Shown: one piece after another, positions 11,660 through 24,151 of the stretch
Position numbering within the stretch: position 1 is the stretch's first letter
Layout: each line of letters begins with the position of its first letter
Origin: the human T2T-CHM13v2.0 reference genome, Homo sapiens
Assembly (NCBI RefSeq): GCF_009914755.1
Contig: NC_060945.1
DNA: 64,000 bases
Strand: one strand, 5' to 3'
Notes under the pieces: model-generated
Database searches by the model: none
Told to the model about the DNA's origin: nothing
The model's input: only the letters and a program-made list of their open reading frames with translations
Program-made: the position numbers and the translations under genes

Positions 11660-12549
11660 CACACTAGTTTTTAATAACAGCAGAATAAAATTCATCACCA
11701 CGCACATGACTAGAACACAAAAGATTCTCAATATATTTTTGCTGAATAAAGAAAGAATAAATGATGAAATGTAAGAAATAAAAGTTGCTCATTCAAGTAT
11801 GTAACTCAGAATCTTTTCCCTTTTTTTCCCAAATTTCTTGTTTCTAAGAGTAATGGATAGCTGAAAGAATTTTCTAGTACATATTAACAAGAATAATTTT
11901 AGTACATCATTATGTACTTATCCAAGAATCAAATCTCATTTACATTCTTGTTTCCCATGAAAACATGTATTGTGCATTAGCTCATTGTCCCCGATAATGT
12001 GGGTGTACATTTAAAAAACTATTTTAACTCTAAAAAATACTATCCTAGTTTTACCAAGATTCTATTAATATAAATAAAAAAGAGAATTAATCTAAGAAAT
12101 TATAAGAATGTTTTCTCACTTCAGGCCTCATAGTTAGGTTTCCATCATGAAAAACTGACCTTCCAAAAAGTACTTCACTAGTCTGGGGAAAACATAAAGA
12201 AGCTACATGGACAATATTAAACTAAGATACAAATATACCAGAACCATCAGTGCCCACATGAAACAAAAACAACAACAAAAAAATCAGATCACTTAGAAAC
12301 ATTAAGTAGTTTTTGGGTCAATAAGTAACGTACCCAAAGCTGTAATTCAGAGGGCATATATAGCTTTAGATGATTTTTTCATTAAAGATTGTAAGTCAGT
12401 AAAGAATCCCAAAAAAGAAGTCAAAAAACAACAAAGTAATAAACCTAAGAAATGCAGGGAGCAATTTTTTTTTCTTTGAAAACGGATGAAAAATTTGAAC
12501 ATTTTTATGGCTAGGTTTATTCAATAAGCAGCACTGATACAACTGTCTA

Positions 12550-12770
<221 letters not shown>

Positions 12771-13944
12771 TAATTCATTTAGAATTTCACTTCATTTAGA
12801 ATTTCACTTCATAACTTCCAAGAAAAACTCCACATGGAAAAAAGCTTTAAATGTTTAAAAGAAAAAAAAAGCAGCGAAATCCAAACCAACAAATACATAA
12901 ACGTATTAAGAGGGAAAAAAAAGTAGCAGTGGATAGGATGGGATAGGCTACAGTAAACATGATAAGAGTCTAAAATCAAAAATTTAAAACTTTGACATCC
13001 AGCTCAAAAACATCAGTGAAAAAAAAAAGGTAAGGAAAAGATAACAAAAACATATAATGAAGGTCTTTTATAGCTCACTAAGGAAAAGAAAAACACACCA
13101 AAACAAAAAAGGACAAAGAAAAATGGACCATAAAAGAAAATTAAAATATCAATAAAATTCTAAAAATTCTGATCTCACTAAAAAAAATCAAAATAAATAA
13201 AAATTAATACAGGATACTATTTTTCACTTATCTGACTGTTAAAGATTAAAAAAAATAACTAGCGAAGATACAGCCACTCTAAAAAATTATGGTTAAGAGC
13301 ATATAACCTTTCTGGTGAGCAAACCAGAAAAATAAATCAAAAGCCTTAAAAACGTACACATTTGACCTATCAATTAGACTTCTAGCATTCAAGTTAGGAA
13401 ACTTTCAGAGAAGTGTACAAAGATAAGTAAGGATATTACCGGAATCTCCAACATTAGTGAAAAACCACAAAAAAGTACACTGATAGAGACTAGTCTAATT
13501 AATAATGGAATAGTCATTCCACAAAATCATTAAAGATAATGACATGATCCTATTAATTATCCATGACATATTAAATAGCAAAAAATAGCACACCTGGTAT
13601 GTTCTCTTTATATGTATATAAATATGTACACATACACACACAGAATATCTATCTATGGTACACAGGGCTTCATCAACCTTCCTGCTACCTTGAAAGAGCT
13701 AAGCAAGACATGCTGAGGATGGGACAGCAAGAAAATGGCAAGGCCTTAAGTACCTGTTAGCATTATGGAGTCAGTGATTAACTGATCCTATAGCTGCTGT
13801 GGAATTTCTGGTTATGTGAGATAACAGAACTTTCATGTATTAATAGATAAAACTAGACGAGATAGAATGTTTTGTGACATGAAGCCAAAGCATTAACTAA
13901 AAGAGTACACTAAAATTAATATAGATTTTAGATTAATCACTTAC

Positions 13945-14285
13945 CTTAAATGGGTATCTGCCAATTTCAGCCTCCAACTCTTCTGCGGTAAAAATCTTGC
14001 CTATGAATCTTTTGGCATCATATATTGTGTTTTGAGGATTTGAATCTGCCAGCTCTACGCTTTCATATCCCACATATACATCATTGTCAGTAAAAGACAC
14101 CATGCTGGGTATGCTGATATGCCCATTTTCATCTGGAATCACCTTTACTTTTCCTGTGCCAGGAAAAAACACCCCAACAGAACAATAGGTGGTGCCAAGA
14201 TCAATACCAATCACTTTAGGAGTAGGCAATGGTAAATACTGTTGTGCCAAATAGCCGGCCAACAGGAGAGTCAAAACAGCCGATC
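13945..14285 (-). CDS. HSPA13: HSPA13 coding exon 2 (hydrophobic leader, HSP70 phosphate-1 motif IGIDLGTT)
   Basis: Acceptor ttcag|GA, donor AAG|gtaagt; 341 nt; ORF track gives VIGIDLGTTYCSV...DAKRFIGK. Confidence 0.97.
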
Positions 14286-15836
14286 CTGAAATAAAGGAAA
14301 ATTAAAAGATGTATTTTATCAAACTAGTACAATGTACTAAATTACTGTAGCAAAGTCCCTTTAATATCACTCGTTGAAACAAGGCTAAAAAAGACAAATT
14401 TCAAAATTTTTTATAGGACTGCTGATAGCACTCCTCTCAGACAGCAAGTTTTTCAAAATGTAAACTGGTTATAATAAAATTTAAAATGAAGTAAACACAA
14501 ACAACAAAAAACCCTATAACTGTATGTTTGTGTCATTCTCTAATAAATGTAATAAAATGTAAAAATATTTCAATAATATTTGTGCAGATGCTGACAAGAA
14601 ACAACATTTATCTGGAGCAAAAGCCAGATATAATCTAATATTCTTGATCAATTGATATTTAGATTTTACAGCTTTATAAAAAGCTTCGATTATCTTTTTT
14701 TAAAAGCTCCATTATTAAAATTCTCACAAGAAAAACTTTATTATTTTATAAGTCTAAAATTCTCTCCTCGTATCTCACCTCCTTTTCCCTTTCAAAAGGA
14801 TGAAATGAATAAATGGGATAAAATGATTTTGAAAGTTCCTTAGATATGAAACTGTCACTTCAAAACAGAACACAGTTAACTTTTTATGTATTTAAGTATG
14901 AACTAGGGACTTCCTTCTTGCAGTGGTAATATTTAGGGGAGAAGAAGCATAAAGGTGGGCAACCCTGACGGCAACATCTATGAAAGCTTCTTGAAGACAA
15001 GTTTCGTTCACTGTTGTATCCCCCAGACCAGGAATAGCAGATGCCCAACAAATACTAATTTAAAAAAAAAAGAAAAAAGAGTAGGAACAAATGCCACGCA
15101 GATTGTAAACATAAGCGAAGAAAGATGCCCCTTTAGTTTTTAATGAATCTCGTATTTGGTATCAGGAGGCTGTGTTATACACCTGTGTCCGCTCATATTA
15201 CATATGACCCAAAACATGAATTTTCAGGGCTCTGTGTTACTAATTGTTAGCTCATCCTCATCAACACATAACTCAAAGAAATAAAACCAAGTGCGAATCC
15301 CACTTTCCACTTCCAGCTACAGGCAACATTTCAGAAGCATTTCATCACCTTGGAGACGCGGGGTGGGTGTGTGTGTGGGTGGGGGATAGGTAATTCCAAA
15401 CCCGATGTGATGGAAAAAGCCTCCAAATTCAGCATCCCTGAGCCGACAGATCCGGATGTAGCTCCTCCCCCTTCCTCCACAAAGGGGTCCTGGAGGTGCA
15501 CGTTCTCGCAGCCTTCCATAGCTTGCCCCAATTCAACAGGCAATTCAAAAACCTAGGTGCTGTTGAAAGGAACGCCTCCCTAAGCCTGATGTCCCTGGGA
15601 TGGACACAGCTGGTCGCCGTCTATCCTACCTTGGCCTGCAGGGGCCGGGGCCCTCCTAGAGGCGTCCCCGCCCCCATCCACTCCGAACAGCCGAAAACCG
15701 TCTCTAAGTCACCTTTCTGACTCCCCTTCCGCTGCTCCAGCTAGATCCAGGAGGTGAGTCAACCACCCCTGCCCACTCTGGCATCCTCAGATCGCCTCTA
15801 CGCCCGCAAGAGCAACAAGGACCCCCGGGAACCCAC

Positions 15837-15861
15837 CTAAGATCGTCATCTCTCTGGCCAT
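15837..15861 (-). CDS. HSPA13: HSPA13 coding exon 1 (MAREMTIL + first base of Gly9), start of signal peptide
   Basis: ATG at 15861 in strong Kozak context (GTG ATG G) inside the CpG island; donor G|GTGGGT; 25 nt, phase 1, joins exon 2 to give GGA-TCG (G-S). Confidence 0.95.
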
Positions 15862-15943
15862 CACAGTCCCGCCGAACAGGCTTGTGATGACTGTACCAGA
15901 CGTGAGGCACCGCCCCCACTCCTCCCGGCAGTCCCGCAGCCCC

Positions 15944-15957
15944 CTGGGAAATGTAGT
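15944..15957 (-). promoter_or_regulatory. ACTACA-TTTCCCAG motif (M4/SBS2; ZNF143-THAP11-HCF1)
   Basis: Minus strand GGACTACATTTCCCAG matches ACTAYRnnnCCCR. Confidence 0.75.
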
Positions 15958-16203
15958 CCGCTTGCTCTGAGGCAATCGGAGAAGCTATCGCTCTGACCAA
16001 AGCAAGGACTTCATCTACCGTGAGGGCGCGGGGCAAAGAGCCTCCATTCAACCGCTGCCAGTGACGACTGAGTCCCCCTTCCACGCAACGGCCGGCAGGA
16101 CCAGTGAGACTGAGGGGGAGGAGCGCCGTGGCGAGAGACTGGCGTTTATAATCAAACCTGTGGTCCCGCGATCCTACTTGAGGGAAAACAGGCTATCTCT
16201 TTA

Positions 16204-16240
16204 GCCCCGCCCCGCGCTTTGCATTCTGGGAAGCGGAGTT
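16204..16240 (-). promoter_or_regulatory. GC box plus ZNF143 (Staf) site
   Basis: GCCCCGCCCC at 16204-16213; minus strand AACTCCGCTTCCCAGAATGCA at 16240-16220. Confidence 0.65.
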
Positions 16241-16638
16241 CCAGCCTTTCTCTTTCCGCGGGAGGGAATGAAAGGGAGGGTGAGAACCGTTAGTTATTTC
16301 TTTCTTTGGTCGTGCCCCTAATCAGGTCCAGGATTCGAGTTTGTGTTCTTTCGTTTTAATTCCTTTTAAAGCGCGTTCGTTTGCCTGAGATCTAGCTTCT
16401 AGATGGCGTTCCTATAGCCTCCCGGAGCCCCAGCCATCCTCCGTAGAAGGGTCCCTGCCGCAGTGCGGGGCCTGAGGGAAGTCGGCTCTGGCGTCCGTGC
16501 TCCAACGCTGGGAGCAGCCCTGAAACTCCAGTGACCCTCAGCCGTCTGCCTTTGTTTTGGGATAAATGAATTCAAGCATTCTTCAGTCAATTCGATTTAT
16601 CCAAGGGATCAGGGACACATTTTCTCTATTGCTAGCAC

Positions 16639-16646
16639 TGACGTGG
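16639..16646 (+). promoter_or_regulatory. UPRE (TGACGTGG), XBP1s/ATF6-type site
   Basis: Exact TGACGTGG about 780 bp upstream of the ATG. Confidence 0.55.
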
Positions 16647-17515
16647 GCCATTAAAAACAAAAACAAAAACGAAATTAAAAAGAAAACCCTTAGCTCTCTC
16701 TTCAAGTAAGTCTTAAGTGGCCAAAATTGACCTTATGGGCAAGTCCTGTAACGTGACAGCCATTTTAGGACGCTTGTGACATGCTGTTCAGGTTCTAGTC
16801 TGAAGTAGGATTTTTCTCGCATCTTGGTCACTGGTAGCACTTAATGACTCCTCTGAGAGTGGTTTTGTCATTTTTGCTGTTAGAGTTCACGATAACTAAG
16901 ATCCTGGAGAATTGAATCCATTTTCTCAGCTTAGATATAAATCAAACCATCCCTGTTGACAACACGTCAGCCTGCTGTGGGAATACATTGCTGGTTATTT
17001 CTGACTTATCAATGTGAATTTTGATTATGGAAGCTGAATTCTGGTTGATAGGGATCCATTGTAATGTTCTCTCTACTTTTGCGCATTTTTAAGTATTTCA
17101 TAATGCGAAATATAAAAAGTGTGTGTCTATAGTGAGTGCTGTTCAATAAGATTCTTATAAGGAGTGAAGAATTCAAGCACTTAGTTCTTAAGTATTACTT
17201 GTAATGGGCAGTGGGCTGGAGGTGTTCCAGGCAGACGGAACTCAATTACCAAGAGCACAGAAGCAAGAGATCATCTATTCCATAGATTAGAAAGTGGTGG
17301 ATCATAAAGCATGAGGTAGAATTCTGAGAGACAGAACTAGAGACTTAAACCAGATTAAGATTAGCCGTCTGTGACAAGCACTGGTCATTGGGATTCTCCC
17401 TGCCACTCACTCCTTTCTCCTTGCTAACAAGATCCTGATTTGTTCAAGAAGCAGGTAAAGATTATGTGATCTCAGAGTAGAAGGCCTTTAGAATTAAGAT
17501 TGAACTAAATAGGTT

Positions 17516-18064
17516 GTATTCATTTTCTATTTCTGCCTTAACAAATTACCACAAATTTAGTGTCTTAAACCAACTCAAATCTATTATTTTTACAGTTCGG
17601 TATATCAGAAATTTGGTATGGGTCTCACTTAACTAAAAGCAAGTTATTAGCAAAGCTGCATTCCTTTCTGGATGTTCTAGGGGAGAATCAGTTTCCTGCT
17701 AATTTGAGTTATTGGCAGAATTCATTTTCTTGCAGTTGTAGGGTTCAGGTCTTCATTTTCTTGCTGGCTGTAACCTGAGAGCTGTTTCCAGTTTCTGAGG
17801 CCATACACATATCTTAGCTCAGAGACCCTCTTTCTCCATCTTCAAAGCCAGCAACAGCGGGTCAGGTCCTTTACAGAGGACATTTTTTTGCATCGCTCTT
17901 CCAAATTTTAGATGTCATGTGTTTACATTGGACCTATCTGGACAACTCAACGTAATCTCCATTTCAAACCCTGTAAACTTATCATATCTGCAAAGTCCGT
18001 TTTGCCATGTAAGGTAACTATTCACGAGTTCTAACAGTTTGAGGAGGCCTTTATTATGCCTACT
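17516..18064 (-). mobile_element. MaLR LTR (MLT1D-like)
   Basis: tgtatt...taacaaattaccacaaatttagtg...catatctgcaaagtccgtttgccatgtaaggtaac. Confidence 0.8.
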
Positions 18065-18926
18065 AAAATGGTTCTGTGGCCCCTCAGATTCACATCTGTC
18101 CACATACAAAATGCAACATCCACCAAAGTCCCATCCCATTATAGCATGAACTCAAAGTCCAGAAAGTTCATCTATACTTCATCAGTTCAAAAGTCTCGCA
18201 TCTCATTATCTAAATCAACTAAATGGGGTAGTAACTGATACCACTTATCCCTTCTTGTTTGTTTACAATCAGAGGAACAATGAAATACTTAGATAAGAAT
18301 GCTGGTGAGACTATTCCAGTAATGTTATAAAGAACAGAAAAGTCAAGGCACTGGGGTTGGGAAGTAATCATTGTTATCATTCTCCAATAGTGACCAATTA
18401 ATTCGTTGTTTTTATAGTTATTGTTTGGTGTTTTATGTTACAATCCATTGCAATTATTATCCTTCTTGATACTTAGATTGCTTTAATTTTGGCCGATGGC
18501 AGCCTCTTCAAAATTCACTCATGAATGCTTTTGACACAATCGCTTTACTTACTGCCTTGCTACCTGCTCTAAAAAGATATCTAGAATCCTCTTATTTTTT
18601 TTTGTTTGTTTTGTTTTGTTTCATACTTATAATTAACTGTATGTCTAAGGAACCCTGCTTTCTTTTATTAAGAAAGTGTGGTATCTGGAGACCATAATTT
18701 GTATGCCAGGGGGTTATTATTTTAAGGGTGCCAGTTCTTTTTATATCTTTGAATTCAGTGAAATATCAAATAAAAAGCCAGCAGGATATTTTATGACTTG
18801 ATAAAATGACAATAAAATTTATTTGGAATATTTAAGATAAGAATTTAATGGGTATATAGTCCTTGCGCATGTTAAGTGACAAAACTACAAACTTAATACT
18901 ACAGAGGAAACAGAAAATGGACTTTA

Positions 18927-19070
18927 GGCTCAGCAGCAGCACATGCTTGTAGCCCCAGCTACTCGGGAGACTGAGGTGGAAGGAACACCTGAGCCCAGGA
19001 TTTTGAATCCAGCCTAGGCAGCATAGCAAGAACCCTATTGCAAAAAACTAAATAAAAGAAATAAAAATAA
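18927..19070 (+). mobile_element. FLAM_A-type Alu monomer
   Basis: tgtagccccagctactcgggagactgagg...gagcccagga...gcaagaaccc plus A tail. Confidence 0.8.
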
Positions 19071-19634
19071 AACAGACCTAAGAAGAAAGTGGCAATCTCT
19101 TCAAAATAAATGAAAGCTATATTATTCAACAAATGTAACAGGGCAGTTGGCTATTTATAACTTTGAATGTAAAAAGGGATATTATACCTTAACATCAAAA
19201 TAAATATAAATAGATAAAATGTTTAATTAAATAACTACAAGTAGTTTTATTCATTAACTTAGGGGTAGGAGAAGTCTTTGAAATTAAGACTTAAAACCTA
19301 GAAACAAATAAGGCAAAACTAAACTTAACAGATAAATTTGATTATGTAGAATTTAAGATTATCTAGCAGGCAGAATTACCTATTTGAATTTATATGAAGT
19401 CAAAAGACAAATGACAAACTGAAGAAATACTAAACATACATCATGATCTATAATAGATTTAATTCCTTTATGGAGAATTCCTTCAGAGTATAAAGGTGTA
19501 CAACTCAATTGAAAAATAAGAAAGGACATAGACAATAGAAAATAAAAATAACCAACAAACATGAAAATATATTCTACCTTAGTCACACTTAAATAAACAT
19601 AAATCAGAATAATAACATGTCATTTCTACCTATC

Positions 19635-20098
19635 TGTAATCAGTTGAATTGTGGCCCCCTCCAAAAAAGGTATGCTGGAGTGCTAAACCCCTGTACCTCA
19701 GAATGTGACTTTATTTGGAAATAAAGTTGTTGGACATATAATCAGATAATATGAGGTCACACAGAAATAGGGTGGTCTGTTAATCCAGTATTACTGGTAT
19801 CCTTATAAGAAAAGGGCCATATAAAGGCACGGAAACACAAGGAGAATGCTATGGGATGACCAAGGCAGTGATTAGAGTTATGTAGCTACAAGCCAATGAA
19901 CGTCAAAGATTGTCAACAAACCAGCAGAGCTACGAAGAGTCAATAAAGGATTCCCCTGCATGTTTTAGAGGGGACATGCCCAACTCATATTTTGATTTTG
20001 GACTTCTAATCTCCAAAACTATGAGACAATAACATTTTGTTGTTTTAAAGCCATGCAGTTTGTGATAATTTGTTATGGCAGCCCTAGGAAACTATATA
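19635..20098 (+). mobile_element. MaLR solo LTR (MLT1C-like)
   Basis: gtacctcagaatgtgactttatttggaaa...tttgttatggcagccctaggaaact; TSD ctatc on both sides. Confidence 0.85.
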
Positions 20099-20589
20099 CT
20101 ATCTTACTGGAAAAATATTTAAATAATGATAAGCAGTGCTAGTGAATGTGTCTGTTGCTCATGATAGGCCTGTTTGTGGAGTACATTTTGAAAGGGTAAT
20201 ATTGATTAAAATGCAGGGCACATAGACTTACATTTACAGCCATTATTATAATGAATAGAATTATTCTTTCTCCACAGAGAAAGAGATGGAAAACAGCACA
20301 AAATTAGATGAAATAATAGTTTCAGACTTTGGAGAATAGGCAGAGAAACACTATGATCCCTGAGAAAAAAGAGATAAACCACGTAAAGTCTATAGTCATC
20401 CTGTATTTTTATTGAGAGACACACATGCAAGACCACAGTGTAGACGAAAGTCCCAAGGAGAGTATATGGCCTTGCCTTGTATAGAAGACACATACCAGAG
20501 TTCAGGCGTTTTGGAAGGAGGCTGAAGTTGCAGCAAAGGGCTCTGAAGAGGTAAGCGCTATATAGAATACCAGAAATCCCCAAAATATT

Positions 20590-21930
20590 GGGATACCTTT
20601 ACTTCACACCATACACAAAAATTAACTTGAAATTAGTTATAGATCGAAATGTAAGACCTCAAAACTCAAACTACAAATCTGTAGGAAAACGCATGAGAGA
20701 AGATATTTGTGATCTTCTTGTAGGTAAAGATTCCCTACATGTGAAATAAAAAGCATGAATCATAAAAAAGTTGATAAATAGAATGTCATTAACATTAAAA
20801 ATTTCTATTCTTACATGCCATCAAGAAATGAAAAGTCAACTCACGAACTGAGAAAATATAGTACATATATCTAACAAAAGACTTGTATCTAGAGTTTATG
20901 AGTAACTCTTACAACTAAATAATAATATAACAGAAAATACCTAGTTAAAATTTGGTTGTAAGATTGTAATAGAGATTTCATAAAAGAAAATATACTAATA
21001 GCCAATAAACACATGGTAAGATAGTTAACACTGGGGACAAACAAAACCACTACACGTCCACTACAATGGCTAAAATTTAAAGGTTGATTCACTAAGTGTT
21101 GACATAGATAGGGAACAACTGGAATTCTTATACATCACCAGCAATATTATAAAATGGTACCTTAACTTTGCAAAAACAGTTTGACAGTTTCTTATGTTGG
21201 TAAACATATCCTTACCATATGACTCAGCAATTTCACTTGATATTTAACCAACAAAAATAAAACCATATCAAAAAAAATTGTGCAAGGATGTATGTAGCAG
21301 TTTTTCTTGCAGTAGCCACAAACTAAATCATAGATCCATTAACAGTTGAGCGAATAGTTTTACTGTACAATTGTGCATAAGAAGTATTAAAATGTGTCCA
21401 CACAGTGACTTATACATGAATGATTTGGGAATCTGTGTTCCTAATGGCCTCCAAACAGAAGCAATACAAATTCAGCAGGTAAATGGAGATGCCAATTATG
21501 GTATATCCATATAACAGAATACTACTCAGCAACAGAAAGGAATCATTGATGAATACAATAACATTATGATGAGCTAAGCAGAAGAACCCAGGCACAGAAG
21601 AATTTCTACTCTGTGATTAAATGTATAGGAAATTCTAGAAAAGAAATACCTAATACACAGTGAAAGAAAGCAGGGCAGTGATAGCTGAGATGCAAGGAGG
21701 TGATTGACTGGGAAGAGGCACCAGGGAAGTTTTTACAATGATGCAAATGTTCCACATCTTAACTGTGGTAGTGGTCACATGGATATAGATCTATATTTCT
21801 CTACATAGATATCTCCTTGTGTAAATACTTATGTATATAAATATATCTCTGTCAAACTCATTAGATTGCACAGTTAAAATGGATGAATTTTATTTTATGT
21901 AAATTATACTTAAATAAAGTTATTTTGAAA
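20590..21930 (+). mobile_element. Old L1 (L1MC/MD/ME-like) 3' portion
   Basis: cacaccatacacaaaaattaac through gtaaattatacttaaataaag. Confidence 0.75.
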
Positions 21931-22737
21931 AATAAAATTTTCTATACCTGAAAACTGTGAAGAAGAACACCAGAAATTCTAAGTATTCTACTGCTAGGAA
22001 TTTATAAATATTCTTATGAAAGTACACATCTTAATTGCTCATGGCAGGACTCTTTCCCAAAAAATAATTGGAAATGACCTAATCAACCATTTATGGCTCT
22101 GTCAAACAGTGGAGTTATAACAAAAAATGAAATTCATTTGTATTGTTGTATTTCTAAAAAGTGTTTCTAAACCGTGTTGTTAAGTAAAATCAATCAAGGT
22201 TTGGAGCACATATTAATTAATTACACATTAATACTACTTCGAGTGGATAGCCTAAACAATATGTGCTAATAGCATAAACATTTTATGTCCACTTTAATTT
22301 AATTTAAGCTTTAACTTATTACTGTCTTTACTATATTTTCTTATTTCTATTATCTTTTCATCTTTGAACCATTGGTTATTTAGAAGTGTGCTTCCCAATT
22401 TCCAAACATTTGGTGATTTTCTAATTACCTTTTTGTTATGATTTCTAGTATAATTATACTGTGGTTGGACAACATATTCTGTATGATTTTAATCCTTTGA
22501 AATATATTCACACTTGTTTTATTGTCTAGAATATATTCTGTTTTGGTGAATATTCCATATCTATGTGAAAAATGTGTGTTCTGCCATTTCTGGGTGTAGT
22601 ATTTTGGAACTATCATTTAGATGTATTTTACGGCTTCTGTATCCTAGTTTTGTTCTTATTATTGTTCTAAATGCTTTATCTGTCATTGAGAGTTGTAGGT
22701 TAAAACATCCATCTATGATTGTGGATTTTCCCAATTG

Positions 22738-22738
<1 letters not shown>

Positions 22739-22772
<34 letters not shown>
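22739..22772 (+). repeat. (TG)n microsatellite
   Basis: About 17 perfect TG units. Confidence 0.95.
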
Positions 22773-22774
<2 letters not shown>

Positions 22775-23179
22775 CTGTTTTTAGGCAAATACAAATTTAA
22801 GATTATAATTATTTTATTAGCATGAAATATTCCTTTTTATATTTAATAATACATTTTGTTTTAGAGACTACTTTGTCCCAGGATCAGAACAGAACTACAC
22901 AGCAAAATTTAAGGTGATGCCTACTCTCTGATACCGACTCTGCAGTTGTAGGACCCTGAGAGTAAGCTCCCCCTTAAATTTTGTGCCCAAATGCCTCATC
23001 CTGTAAGAGGCATTCACTCTTATGGCAGTTGCACTTGCTTTCCTTGCCCTTGTTCCAGTCCTGATTTGTCTGATATTAATAGAGTAACTCCAGCTTTCTT
23101 TTGTTAGTATATCCTAAGTACATTTTCCCTATCCTATATCTCTTCACCCGTTTATCTCCTTATATTTAACATGTTTATT

Positions 23180-23415
23180 GTATGGAAGCTAAATGATGTG
23201 TACACATACACATAGAGTATGGAATAATAGACACTGGGAACTCGAAAGGGTGAGAGGGTGGGGTATGTGAGCGATGAGAAATCACTTAATGGGTACAATG
23301 TACGATATTGAATGATGGTTACACTAAAAGCCTAGACTTTACCACTATGCAATATATATCGATGTAACGAAGTTACACTTGTACCCCTTACATTTATACA
23401 GATTTTTTTTTAAAT
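23180..23415 (+). mobile_element. Short L1PB/MA 3' end
   Basis: ggaataatagacactgg...aatgggtacaatgtac...cacttgtacccc. Confidence 0.75.
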
Positions 23416-23860
23416 AGTGTCTCTTGTAAATAGTATATAGTTGGGCTTATGTTTTTGCAGTAGGATAATATGTCTTTTATTTATAGTCTTTAGTCAATTT
23501 ACATTAACTATAGCTATGGATATAGATCAATGCATGGATTTAAGTCTATCATCTTCCTTTATTTAAAAAGTATCATTTTTTTTACTTCTTTCCTGCTGTC
23601 TTTGAGATCACTCAGTATTTTTTATTCCATTTTATATCTTTTATTTTTTCAGTTAAAAATCTTTTTCTTTCATTGTTTAGTGGTTATCGTAGTGATTTTA
23701 ACATATATCTTTGACTTATTACATTTAGTCCTTTTATCATGTCTTGAAGGATGCAAAACTCTCACAGCACTTTTACTTATCACTCCCTACCTTGAATATT
23801 TATTGTTATATGTTGTATATGTACTACGTTATACACCCTACAAGTAATAATTATTACTAT

Positions 23861-24151
23861 TTTTTTGTTTGTTTGTTTGCTTCGTTTTTTTTGAGACGGA
23901 GTCTCGCTCTGTCGCCCAGACTGGAGTGCAGTGGCTCCGCCCCCCGGGTTCACGCCATTCTCCTGCCTCAGCCTCCCGAGTAGCTGGGACTACAGGTGCC
24001 CACCACCACGCCCAGCTAATTTTTTGTATTTTTGGTAGAGATGAGGTTTCATGGTGTTAGCCAGGATGGTCTCGATCTCCTGACCTTGTGATCCGCCCGC
24101 CTCGGCCTCCCAAAGTGCTGGGATTACAGGCTTGAGCCACCGGACCCGGCC
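23861..24151 (-). mobile_element. AluY with small right-arm deletion
   Basis: ttcacgccattctcc and ttagccaggatggtctcgatctcc diagnostics. Confidence 0.92.

Larger units (their letters stand above)
15610..16510. promoter_or_regulatory. CpG-island promoter of HSPA13
   Basis: Sharp rise in GC and CpG density around exon 1 in an otherwise AT-rich, CpG-poor window. Confidence 0.9.

Noticed and set aside
15704-16084. 126-aa minus-strand ORF across the promoter
   Set aside because: Non-ATG start, out of frame with HSPA13, typical of chance ORFs in CpG islands.
16067-16085. CCACG as half of an ERSE
   Set aside because: No CCAAT nine bases upstream.
16145-16150. TATAAA on the minus strand
   Set aside because: About 285 bp upstream of the ATG and likely too far from the TSS; the promoter looks CpG-island type.
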